A stretch of 61,495 nucleotides of DNA, filler included, from Sphacelaria rigidula (Eukaryota): the NCBI GenBank assembly GCA_964200075.2. It is 7 parts of 7 records of this genome, joined end to end, with 100 filler letters (N's around TTAATTAATTAA, not from the genome) between each part and the next. Parts side by side here need not be neighbours in the genome. Positions count along the whole stretch, not along the records: positions 35,200 to 43,898 come from CAXNAA020010340.1; positions 43,999 to 52,697 come from CAXNAA020010341.1; 5 more parts are not named here. One strand, given 5' to 3'. A program made the translations under genes and the position numbers. Positions 35,200-46,975 of the stretch are shown here, one piece after another; positions within the stretch are counted from its first letter, which is position 1; the number at the start of each line of letters is the position of its first letter. Below the pieces are notes generated by a model, which ran no database searches, was not told the origin of the DNA, and saw only the letters and a program-made list of their open reading frames with translations.

Positions 35200-38100
35200 T
35201 TACTCTTTCGTATCTTCCCTGCAATAGAGAAATGGGACTTCAGCCCCATTTTTGTGTTGAACCCCAAAATGTAAAATCGGCTGTTTAGTGATGAACATGT
35301 GTCAAAAATTCAGCGTCCAATCTCTCGAATTACCCACAGCCGGACCCGGAAGCATTTAAGAATCCCTGTCAACTGACCCAGCTCGTAGTGTATACCGACC
35401 CGAACTACTGTATATATCGTGTGTTCCATGTGATTTCGAAACGCACATAAAACTTGGTACAGATTGCACTTATGGGCTCACCGGTGCAATTCGACGTTCA
35501 TGCCACGTGCACAACGCCATTATATTGGAATATTCCCGGCACATGTCCGATATATTTTGTCTCTAGAATACATCGATGGCCCACGGTGATAAACTGCGGC
35601 TAATAGCACAGGTTCGTGATGTTGAGAATGTAGCTTTTGATTGAGAGTGAGTTTCCAGCCGTTGATGGTGTCGGCATTTTTACCAGGGATATGTACGGTG
35701 GTTTTACTGATTGAAGACTGTAGCGTCAGAACTAACAAGAAATATGAGTAAAAGAAGGAACACAAAAAGTAACCGGTACGGGAACTTGATCCGCGCACAT
35801 TCCGCCTGTACGGATTCATATTACGGCTCCCGCGACAGATTTTCAGCGTAATTTGTAGCGAATTGTTCACGGATTTCAAACCGCGTATTTGTTTTTCAAA
35901 AGGCTCCTGAGGGAGGAAGATGATGTGTTTTGCAACGCGAACACGCTGGTTTGATTCCTCCTCATCATCAGCTGGTTTCTAATGACCTTCTTTGTGTCAG
36001 ACTTGTTTTTCTGTTGATCTCAGAGCAAATAGAAGAAAAGCGCGATTTTCTCCATACACATCCTTGATTTTCACTTGGAACTTTACTGCGTGTCCCTGAT
36101 TGCCAACCCTTGCGGTCAAAGGGTTATCATTCCGAAGACTTAGCGTTTGGTTATATAACCCGAAAAAAAACAAACACCGGTAAACGGTTTTTCGAAATCG
36201 TGACGGGTCAAAAGCCTGCATTCGCATTCAACGTCTGGATCGGGAAAATATTTTCGGAATGCATGTTAACATGTGCGACGTTAATCACAACCTACTCATT
36301 GTACAGCGGCGCATTAGTGAGAGGAACGTTTCGGTTGTTGATATGCGAAGTCCCCTTCTTTATTCTTACTCCAACGGAACAACTCGCTTCCTCCTATTTC
36401 TAGTGCAGCTAATGGCTCGAAATCTATACGTTATCCTCAACGTCAATCGGAATAAACCTCCGACCTCTAGGGTAGGGTGTATATGCTGAATCGGCATCGC
36501 TGCACCTAAGATTCATGGATGTCAGTTTCACATCCATTGAAAGAAAGCTGCTGACAACAGAACAATGTATTTTCATCGAGAGCTTGCTCTCGAATACACG
36601 TTACACTCTCAATCTGGTAAAGAAGTTGTTCACAATCACTTTCAAGAGCACACATCAACATTGATGGGTAGGATTCGAAATGTGCCTGCCGTTTCCTACA
36701 CGAGGCATCGAACTGTATTGAAAACGTACCGACCCGTAGAAGGTGTGAGAGTTTTGCGGTCATGATGGAATAAAACACCTTGGCATTTTAACACGGAAAA
36801 ATACCGTTCTTGACATTTTCCGACACGCAACGGTACTCTACCTTGCACGCTACTGTACGGTGCCGTACCGTACTGATCGATAGCGTACTATACTGTACTG
36901 CATGATCACATACGGCATGTACGCGTGGTGATTGATTGCTAGAATCTGACCCGGACACCCATAATGTGTGCATATTTACAAGCTCGAGAATGAGGACAAG
37001 ACGCGGGAAACTAGAGATGGCAGATGTGCCATATCAAGAATATGCGTATGATTATTTCTTCCATCATCGAAAACAGTGTCGAACAAAGTTGCACATCATG
37101 AAGGTTGCCTAGCTGACCACTCAAAGCACAACATACCCTTCTCCCATCACAACATGAATACCACTTCCTGTAGCATCACGCCGTCATCAAGCTGAACTAA
37201 ACTTCGTGGGAACAACAACAAGTCGGGACACTCAGAAGCGGGAAAACGCTCATGTGCTCAACTAGCGCTGCGCCAAAAGCCCCACCACCTTGTGAGGTAC
37301 TTCATGTTTCACGCCGGCAGCTTCCTTCGTACATTGGTCTTGGTTCTTTCGCGACAATGCATATTCTTTGCTTAGAATCACGGTCAGAAGAGGAGAAACA
37401 AAGGATACAAAGATAACTTCAAGCGTCGATTCTTTCTGTTCGAAATAGCGCTCTCCGAGAAGCATTCTGGGGCCTTTTTCCAGATGTTTCTCATACAGTT
37501 AACGTGAGAACGTCCAACGAGATGATGTTTTCGAGATGGGTACGAGCTTCACCAGCCAAAAAGCGGATCTGTAGGTTGCAGACAGATTCTCACCTGAGTT
37601 GTGAGAGTTGCGTTTTGAAATGCGGATCGGAAAATCGTTAGGGCATAATAACGACGACATCTTGCGGCCTTCAATTCTTTTCTAAACGAGTCCAGGGCAA
37701 AAAACAAGCTCAACGTTTCGCAAATACGTCCTTGACCAATGAAAAAACCCTCAAGGCCTTCATTTTTTCTGTATTATGCCCTAGCGATTCTCCGTGCGAC
37801 AGTTCCAAGTGCACCTTTCACAAGTGCGCTGGGAAGTCCAGATGCACAAACTAGTACAACCTACAAACGAAGCTGTACGTTTTAGGCCATACAGCAACAT
37901 TTTTGAGAGTTTTGCTTTGAGGTGCTGTGTCGAGAATCGCGCGGGCATGTCGAAAAGAAACAGATGTGCAGGATATTGAGCTCTTCTTTGTTTCATTAAT
38001 TAAGGATGCTTTGGTGTACTGAGGACCATTTGTCACCAGAACGTTTTTAACTCATTGAAACAAATGGAATATTCTGAAGGTCCCGACCGTTCTGTTTTTG

Positions 38101-39647
38101 CAATATCCTTGCGAATCTCGATAACAAATTTCATACTGCAACTCGCAAAAGTGAGCTGAGAAATTCAAATTTTATGTGCTATGAGTTGAAAACAAAATGT
38201 TGTATTCACATACAAGCCGCACGGGACCCGGGGCTGCGCCCCGGTTCCGTTCGTCTTTTTCGAGGGTCTCAGTATTTTTGCCTTGTCAAGCCCTCATGAG
38301 AATATATCCTCTTCCTCTCTCGACATGTTCATGTTCGCTGGAAACATTGTAGGACCACCGAGATCACGCGTCCGTTCGAATGGTCGCGAACGCATGTGTA
38401 CCCCTGCACAAAGTGTAGCACAAACCCGCGTACCGAGCCCCTAGCATTGGCATTGGCCGAAACAGTCATCTCCCGGGGCGAGTGCGGAGGTACTTGCACA
38501 CTAAAATCAGCAATGAATCTCGTGGAGGGCTCGTTACAGAGTATGCTGCACGCTCGTGAGTTCGAAATATTATATATATATATATATACTGTCACAGAAC
38601 CTCCTCATCTCATGGAGGAATGAAATTTCATGTATAGAATATTTCATGTCTTTGATTGCGATAACCCAAACTCAGTCGATAGCAGAGCTCTAAAACCTGA
38701 CACACGAAATCCAGATTAAGTGCATTCAGCGCTTTCAGTGCCTCCCCTTGTATGTGTTGAGTTTGGTGCGGAATCTTATGTGTATCATATCTCTAGATTA
38801 CGGATCACGTGAACGTAATGGTGTCACTCGTTTCCCCGTGCTAAAATAAATGTTCACAGCAAGCAACCTCGCTGTATCTATCACTAGCATGCTCGAAGAC
38901 CCCAGAATGGCGATATCTTTGTGCGTCACAGGATTTACTCGACGTGGCGTTTCATCAGCTGGAACAATTAACCGGACGTTTCAGCTTGAGCATTTATGCT
39001 GCCCCTTGATTTGCTGATTACTGCAAGATGTGCGGATCACGCCACAGTTTATTTGCGTCGATGAGAAATGACTGTTGAAGCTTGAGTGTGTTTTAGATTG
39101 GCCCACCTCGTAGTCTTCTCCCGAGACATGCTTTTCATATCCATATCTTCAGTTCAAACACTCTTCCCGCAGAAATCAAAGTTCTTGAGAACAGGGGGTC
39201 ATTGAACACGCCTCCATCGAGCACGGTGCAACCAGCTGTATAGACTGAGCGTGTTTTACCCGAAGCACAAAACGCATGCATAGGCAAGCGGCTGCAGCAT
39301 ACAGTATAGAGTCCGCATTGCAGCCGCATATTAAGCATAATATTATGAACTGCAGTACATGACTCCTGATGATGGGCGGTTCAGTGGTCACTATTTCCTA
39401 CACCAAACAAACCGTGGTGAGTACCACGGCGAGCGGGCGTCCTTGTCTTGATGTGAAACGCGCTAAACGTTGTTCAGAGACGATGAGACTGTTTTCTTTG
39501 GGATGACGTTACTGTCCGACCTTTTCGCAGTGTTTGGACTATGGGAATCAGCCTCAATATAAAGAGCGAACAAAGACATGATTATTCGGAGGAATCGAAC
39601 CGCAGTATGAGGAGCCATTTTCACCTTTGCGGCATACGAATCATAAG

Positions 39648-40093
39648 TAATAGCCGATCATTAAAATCGAGGGTGGAGCTTTTTATTGAGGATGAGGACC
39701 CGGAGGATGAAAATATTCGTATCCACACCAAACCTTCGAAATATAGTTCCATTCCTTCACCTACTGGTGGCTATTGACAACTACTACACGCCATACAACA
39801 TTTGTTTTTCGATAGCTGAAATGTTGAGGTCCTCGGTGAAAAACCAATTTCAGGGCATTTCGGCGATCTAGTCGGATCACCTACATACCTCGAAATATTT
39901 CTCGATCTAGGACCCCAACATTTCGGTTATCGAAATACTAATTTGTGTGGCGTGTAGTCGTTGTCAATAGCTACCAGTAGGCGAAGGAATGGAACCGTAC
40001 TTCGCAGGTTTGATTTGGATATGAAGATTGTTTTCCTCCGGGTCCTCATCCTCAATGAACAGCTCCATCCTCAATTTAGATGATCGGCTGTTA
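39648..40093. mobile_element. Foldback/MITE with ~185-bp imperfect inverted arms
   Basis: 39648-39832 is the diverged reverse complement of ~39905-40093; the two arms translate to the near-identical ELFIEDEDPE..SIPSPTG in the ORF track. Confidence 0.88.
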
Positions 40094-41300
40094 AGTGCCG
40101 CGGGTTCTGAATAGTGTTTTGTCTTCCGATGTCTGCGCTGTATGTTATGTGTAGTTCGCGGTTCGGTACGGCGATATGCGCTCAATCTGTGCTACGATAG
40201 GGTACGGCACTGTACCAGGAATTTGCGATACGGTTCTGGTTGCAAGTGAGGCATTTGACTTTCCTTTTTCGCGGTATGGTGGGGTTCTAGATTCGCACAT
40301 TTGTACGAGAAGGGTGGAACTGTCCGATATACCGTATTTCAAAGCGAGAAAATGTCCGAATTGCTGAGAGTGGTGCACATTCTCTTGCTGAAGGTTCCAG
40401 TGCTGACCTTACCTCACCTATTGGCCAAGTACGTCTGGCATATCTATTTCTAAGCCGTGAAACGCGTTGTGCCGCTTGTGACAGGACGTTGATGTTCGCT
40501 TGGTCCTATAGCTGTTTCTGAAGGCCCTTCTTCATACGTTAATAGGTTTACCACCGTTTGTTAACGCGTATCCCCTCCTCACGGTTACATCTTCCGCGTG
40601 AATGTCACTCATAGCAGCTCAACACATGATCCTATGTTTCTCCCTTATGAATTGACTTGGCGATACCTTCCTTTCCTGTTTTGAAAATATCACATCTTCT
40701 CCAACATACTGTTCTATCTTTCGCTCCAGCACAGTTTGAGTGCACGTCTATATGGAAACATACGCCAGAGTATAAATTAGCACGTCGTATTTTGGCCCTG
40801 ACAAGTTCATGGACTCAATTTCGGGGAATTTCCCACGATCCCGAGTGTCACTCCAGCTTTACCCCAAATCAGAGAGGCGGTAATTGCTTGTGTTTGCATG
40901 ACATATTTTCCTTGTGGGAATATACCTTGAATCAGTTGCTCCACGCTAGTGTATTGTCATCCCTAGCGGCAAAGACACCGAGTATTTTGTAGCTTGCGTA
41001 TCCACGTCACAACTGTGACCTCGGAGCAGACGCGATCGAAGTACTCCAAGCTATGTGCTCCTTCAGTGAACCACGTCGGAATCAACTCACGGGTCAGAGG
41101 AACTCATTTCTCTATAACCCCACAGCTCCGCACATCCACCGTCCGCATGGGCCGCTGATAATCTCCGTCTGGCGCCGTGCTCGGCTCTTGTGCCGTGGAG
41201 CGCCTGTTTCTGCATTCGGTAGGTGTATGGGTATGCCCAGGAGTCCTTGCTTCCGCACTCGCGCGTCGTATCAGAATATGTTACCACCATATTTGGGGTG

Positions 41301-41547
41301 ATGCTACGGTAGGGGTAGAGAAATAATTTCCGATATTAGAATTGTTAGGAGCCCCTCGTCTCATCCAAAACACGAGTTATAAAAATATGCAAGAGTACGC
41401 CAGGATTACTATTACAATGTGCTGGGGATATCCCGAATAAATCTGCAAACGGGAATGGCCTGACCCGTATTCTTATGCGTCTATAATCGTTAGGAGCCCC
41501 TGAACCAGACATAATTTCGCGAAAAAAGTGCACCCCTACCGTAGCAT
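41301..41547. repeat. 15-bp perfect inverted repeat (ATGCTACGGTAGGGG) bounding a MITE-like unit
   Basis: 41301-41315 versus 41533-41547. Confidence 0.6.
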
Positions 41548-42002
41548 TGCTCGACAAAAACCGAAACGTCTCGTGGGCTTTGCGGGGTTTGCATATTTGC
41601 TTCTGCTCTGCAATATATTCCAATTTTCAAATTCGTTCTTGTCTCAGGCCATTTCAGATTCGGCATTGGATATCTGTGACATAAAACTGTCTTTTTATTT
41701 TCAGAATACATTTTCAAAGCCAATCAAAACATTTCAAAAAAGTAAGCAGAACGTTTCGATAAAACAAGCAGCACATTTCGGAAACTGCCCAAAACGTGAC
41801 CCCATTCTATGGAGTACAGAGTACTACATCGAGCACAACACATCAATTCTGCAGTGTTTGTTAAAAGCTGAGTACGGACTGTATACAGTATGCATCAGCT
41901 GCTTTCTCTTGTTGCAAAATCAATAATGTCCAGCTGCTGCTGCTGTACTACTGCGGAAGCACAGCGAGGTGCCACCCCACGTTTACCGTCATTGCGAACA
42001 AA

Positions 42003-42867
42003 CAAGACAAGGACACGAACTGCAGCAGTCGGGGCCGCCACACACCAACGTTACTGCAGTGGAACGTGTGCCTGAACCGACACCACCGCACTCTTGGCGT
42101 TTCTTCTTGTTGAGGAAAACCCGGGCATCTAGTTTCGTGGCAGGGTCCATCGACTGAGCTGCGTGTTGGGGTGGACGATCGAGTTGCATACGCGCTCATG
42201 GACAGTACAGGCGATGTAAATCTGCTCGTGGTTCAAACCTGCTTCGCTGCTGGTATCATTTTCAGTGGCGTTCACAGAGGGATATTTGTCAGATGAAAGA
42301 GAAAGTCCGCAGTCCGACGGCAGGTCACGCCAGGCGACTTCTGCGCTGGAACGGTTTTCACAAGTCAGCACCATGAAATTCACAAACTCGTCCTCCGCCG
42401 CTCGGGGGTAAAGGATACTCGTTCATGAATCGCGGAGCTGTCCTTTCTTGGAGGCTGGTAGGGTTAGACCAGCTCGGTACATGGCAGACTGCAGAGAAAA
42501 CAATTAGAATGAGGGATCGATTGCCAGCGGAATATAGCACTTCGCAAAGGATACGAGTTGGTTCAAATTGAATGCTTCACATACCCTCGGCAGTATGTAC
42601 AAGCAGTCAACTCAAAAATGGTGGATTTTCCGACCCCATATGGTGGCCAGTGCACGTACGAGAATCGAAAAAGCTCAACACGCCTGCGCCAAGACAAGAA
42701 CACGAATGCAGCAGTCGTGGCCGCCATACACCAACGTTACTGCAGTGAAACGTGTGCCTGAACCGACACCACCACATTTTTGGTGTTTCTTCTTGTTGGC
42801 GAAAACTTGGGCATCTAATTTTGTGGCAGGGCCCACCGACTGAGCTGCATGTTGGGGTGGGTGATCG
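42003..42867 (-). repeat. ~180-bp direct duplication (42003-42181 and 42690-42867), possibly a decayed hAT transposase C-terminus
   Basis: The duplication is seen directly. Minus-strand KYPSV...ERVC and QSMDPATKLDARVFLNK weakly resemble the hAT dimerisation domain. Confidence 0.7.
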
Positions 42868-42994
42868 CTGTTCACCTGCATCGGAATTTTCCCTTGCTAT
42901 TGTATCGCTTGACCGTTTTCCTCTCACACATTACACTTGCAACCTTGCAGGGCTGTACTCTCTGTGGTTGCAGAGTACAGCCTGTACTTGGATA

Positions 42995-43320
42995 GGGCAG
43001 GTGAACAGCACGCACATAGTTCGCATAAACACAGCTACACGCATAGAGAACATGCTCAGCGGGCAGGGTATACTTGTAACCTTGTACTACTGCATGTCCG
43101 AGTACAGGCTGCAGTCTGCAAGCACTGGCAGTACAGTAGTGCAAGATTGTACGTGTGATGCGTGCTTAGAGGTCCGCACGGTAGTTCGAAACACCTCAGG
43201 GTCGCGACGTTTTTCAAAACCAAACAAAGGTAAGGCTACACGTTTACCCTGTCCGCTGAGCATGTTCTCTATGTGTGTAGCTGTATTCGCGTCAACTATG
43301 TGCGTACTGTCCACCTGCCC
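42995..43320. repeat. ~85-bp imperfect inverted repeat pair with ~160-bp spacer
   Basis: 42995-43078 versus reverse complement of 43237-43320. Confidence 0.85.
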
Positions 43321-43898
43321 GCTGAGCATCACACATGCTAGTCTACACGCGGGCGGGTTTGTACAAGTGGCGCTCTCAAATTCAAAACCTTGGCTCTCGA
43401 ATTGCTCGTATATAACCGTCGCAGGTTGGAAACACGTGAGCTCCCGAAATAAAAAAACGACGCAGGATCGGTCATAACAACAGGTGGGGTTAGATTCTTG
43501 TTTCCACCGTTTGTGGTGGATATACGTTTTGCCGGCGCAAACACCATCGAACAGTAAATCCTAGAAAATGGGGTTGATACAAAATATGGGGTTGAAGTGG
43601 TATTTTCTTTTGCAGGGAAGACACTAAACACTAGCGACCTAGCGAAGGTATCTTCCCCCCCAAATGTCAATGGTCTAACGACTAAGGCAAGCAACAAATG
43701 AGTACGCCCCCCCCCAAAATGTCCGCAGCAGTTGAGCAGCTGTGGCGAGGTGCACCTAATGAATGCGGTGTACACGCGTGTCAATGACGATATCACCAGA
43801 GAGAGAAACAACGACAGAGAGGAAGGTCCTCACTCGCGTACTTTGTGTGTCCCCGCTTGGCGTTTACCAAGCCCTCGAGAGACTGGAATCATCGATCT

Positions 43899-43998
43899 NN
43901 NNNNNNNNNNNNNNNNNNNNNNNNNNNNNNNNNNNNNNNNNNTTAATTAATTAANNNNNNNNNNNNNNNNNNNNNNNNNNNNNNNNNNNNNNNNNNNN
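43899..43998. other. Assembly spacer
   Basis: N-run with TTAATTAATTAA core. Confidence 0.99.
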
Positions 43999-44049
43999 AT
44001 GCATGATCATGAGTACACCCCCCTCCCCCCCCTCCCGCTATCGCAACAT

Positions 44050-45480
44050 GACTCACGAATGGAAAGACGCTATCATCACGGTGCTACTCAAGAAAGAGGG
44101 CATGCATGAATGTGACAACTACCGCGGCATCTCCCTACGGTTCCACGAGGGCAAGGTCGTTCTCAAGAGAGCTACGATTCACCCCAGATAATAATGCGAA
44201 TGAAAGATAATCTTTCCAGAAGTCAGCGCGATTTCCGATCCCGCCGGTTGAGAGTCGACATGGTGTACGTTGTACGCAGACCTTAAAATCTGCCCAGAGG
44301 GGAGAATATTCCGCTGTACATGTGCTTCATCAACTCAGTCAATCACGCTTTTTTCTGGAAGGTGCTCGCACGATACGGCATCCCCGTCAAGATGATTTCC
44401 ATCACCAGCCAGTTCCACGATGGCATGGGGGTGTGGGGGCGCCTTGACAGTGGCGAGACTTCAGAGCGTTTCGACGTTAACCGGGGCCTCTGACAAGGCT
44501 GTGCGATCGCCCACGTGTTCAGCATCTTGCGGTGATGGTGAGGGTGACGTTCGATCGCTTTTCGATCGTGAGGCTGCGGTGGATGACATCGTTCGCATCG
44601 TTACCAGGGGCGGGAAAACCAAGGACGGTTTACGAGGTGCTTTGGGCCATGCCGCACGCCGACGACGCTGGCATCGCGTCGTGATCTCAACCAAGCCTTG
44701 CAAAGATTATTACGGCCATTGTCGCAGTCTGTGCGGCGTCCGGTTTCGTCGCGGCGAAAAACAAGACGATGATCATACACATGCGCTCCCCGAACGTGAA
44801 GGCGGGCGTCGTTGAGGTGAAGGTGGCAGGCCAAAGGTGCAAGCAAGTGGAGTCTTTTCGTCAACCTCGGCAGCACCATCAACAGCGACGGCGATGTCAC
44901 TACTGACGTCAACCGCGGCATTGGCCAGGCCTTGAAGTGCTTCAAGTACAGCAGACCGATATACGACACCGCGTACAGTGCCCTAGCCGAAAATGTTCGT
45001 TTGTAGAAGGCAGAAGAGTGAGATACTGATTTACGGCTGCGTGATCTGACGGGTTCTCAGTTCATCATTTCAGCCCGCTACGCAAAGCCCACCGCGGGTT
45101 ACTGCTGAGGCGCCTCAAAGAGCATATCTTCACCCACAGCGCCCCCCACTACCTCATGATGCTTAGCGCCAGGTTATCGAGAGAACTGACTACGACTGCA
45201 TCGAGGCTACCCGTAGCGAGGCAAATCTTACTATACGCCGGCCACGTCGCGCGCAAGCACGACGAGCGCCTCTCCGACGTCGTCATGCGTAGAGAGATGA
45301 CCGGAGGGGAGAAGAAGGAAAGCCAATCCGCGAAACGCTTGCAACACCGTATCCCTCAGTTCTGCACCACCTTCGGAATAGACACGACATCGTGGACGCC
45401 AAGTGCGCAAAACAGATCCGGCTCGTACCGGGTCGTCGAGGAGGGGGCTAAAAAGCGCATGGCAGATTGGACCAACGTGC
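44050..45480 (+). mobile_element. RTE-type LINE reverse transcriptase, degenerate
   Basis: EWKDAIITVLLKK..ECDNYRGISL, PLYMCFI, WKVLARYGIP..MIS...QFHDGM, a QGC-like motif, ADDAGIV (YADD region) and C-terminal YAGHVAR.HDERL..VVM; multiple frameshifts. Confidence 0.88.
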
Positions 45481-45853
45481 GCCATGCAAATGGACTTTTT
45501 GCTGTCTCACTAGAGTTCCTTCCGGGTCTATCGAACATCGCCGAAACTCAACGAGTAGTCCATCAAGTATAATCGCTCGTGTGTCCGCCCAGCACATATG
45601 GAATGTTAACGCAATCACAACACATTCCGGGGGGGGGGTGGGGGGGAGTGCAAAAAGAAAAAGTTAAGCGTCCTCGCCACTACTGGAAGTTGATGCTAGA
45701 TAGTCCCAGGCCTTAGTCAAGGCCTACTGATCGTATTTCACTACCCTTTTCAACGTGCTTGCCCTCTGCCGCGCCGGTACCCCGGTACGCTCCACACTGA
45801 CCTCCCGAATATCCCCAATTTTAAACCCCCAAATTCTCAGTAACACGAAGTAA

Positions 45854-46738
45854 GGCGGGGTCTTGTCGGAAGTGATCATAACTTTCCAAAAAATCACTTA
45901 TGGAGAATTTATTGCCCCCACAACGACCAGTGCTGAGTCTTATCGACAAGCAGTTTTGTCCCGATCGAAGCCAAGATCTGCACACAGGTAAAAAATGCGT
46001 CGGTTCTGGAAGTGGCCGTTAGTCCAATATATCTGAACTACTGCAGGGACGGTATTGGAAAGGCGAGCCTACGTCTGTGACCACGGGTTCGCGAGATCGG
46101 ACTAATGTGCGGAAATAATAATAATAATAATAACTGCGGACAAGACGCAACGAGGTAGCACAGCGCCGACACACCGAGACACGAAAACCCACGCATAGAC
46201 ACCCACCACTCACGCGCATTAGCTCAAGCGCTACTCTCAATCATCTACACACGGCAGTCTTTGCTCGACGGAAATCCGTCCAGTTTTGGATAAGAGGCGG
46301 CCGCGTGCGTGTCAAATAGCAACCGAAAACGTGCCGTTGCTGACCGTTTGTGAGCGTGTGCTTTGCGCGCGTCTCACGCAAAGGGTCATTTCTCACTGAA
46401 TTCTGAACCGATTTGAGCGAGGTCATGCAAAGCATGCTCAGCTGATGAGCAGCAATAAATGGAGCGGTCGGTGTGTTTTGGTTTGCGAGGGCAATGCGAT
46501 CCTCAGGTTTACGTTTGATTGCGTTGACTTGTCTGTCAAGCCTTCGGTTATGCCCCTGCGAAAGGAACGTTGTATGTTTCCCTTCGAGGTGTCTCAAAAT
46601 CACTTGTGCAGAAGAGATTTTTTGGCACTTAATTTTCTTCGGGAGGGGGGGGGGGGGGGTCGCAACCACCAATCATCGGCCGTTTTATACAAAAGTGAGT
46701 TTTTTCAAAGTGATGATCACTTCCGATAAGACCTCGCC
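45854..46738. mobile_element. PIF/Harbinger (Tourist-like) non-autonomous element with TAA target-site duplication
   Basis: TIR GGCG(G/A)GGTCTT(G/A)TCGGAAGTGATCAT extending ~45 bp; TAA at 45851-45853 and 46739-46741. Confidence 0.85.
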
Positions 46739-46847
46739 TAACACGTATGAACCGTTTTCATTTTTCAATGAGGGCCATGAGCTTTCTTTCAACAAACCTG
46801 ATTATAGCATCGTGAGCACCTTCGTTGGGAACACTATCTGTACCTAC

Positions 46848-46975
46848 AGGTGGGCACCGGATACCAAAATAAAAAAAACGGTTACTGGATAAGAGACGTT
46901 ATTTACAAAAATAAAAAACCCGGTGAAACCGTTTTTTTTCAGCCGGTTTAACCGGTTCACCGGAAAACTGGTTTG
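46848..46975 (+). repeat. Possible hAT-like terminus with AACCGG/CCGGTT subterminal repeats
   Basis: caggtgggcaccgg followed by clustered accgg/ccggt motifs; no partner end found. Confidence 0.4.

Noticed and set aside
35900..39400. Possible decayed multi-exon gene
   Set aside because: Only short ORFs; no motif or consistent exon chain could be reconstructed.
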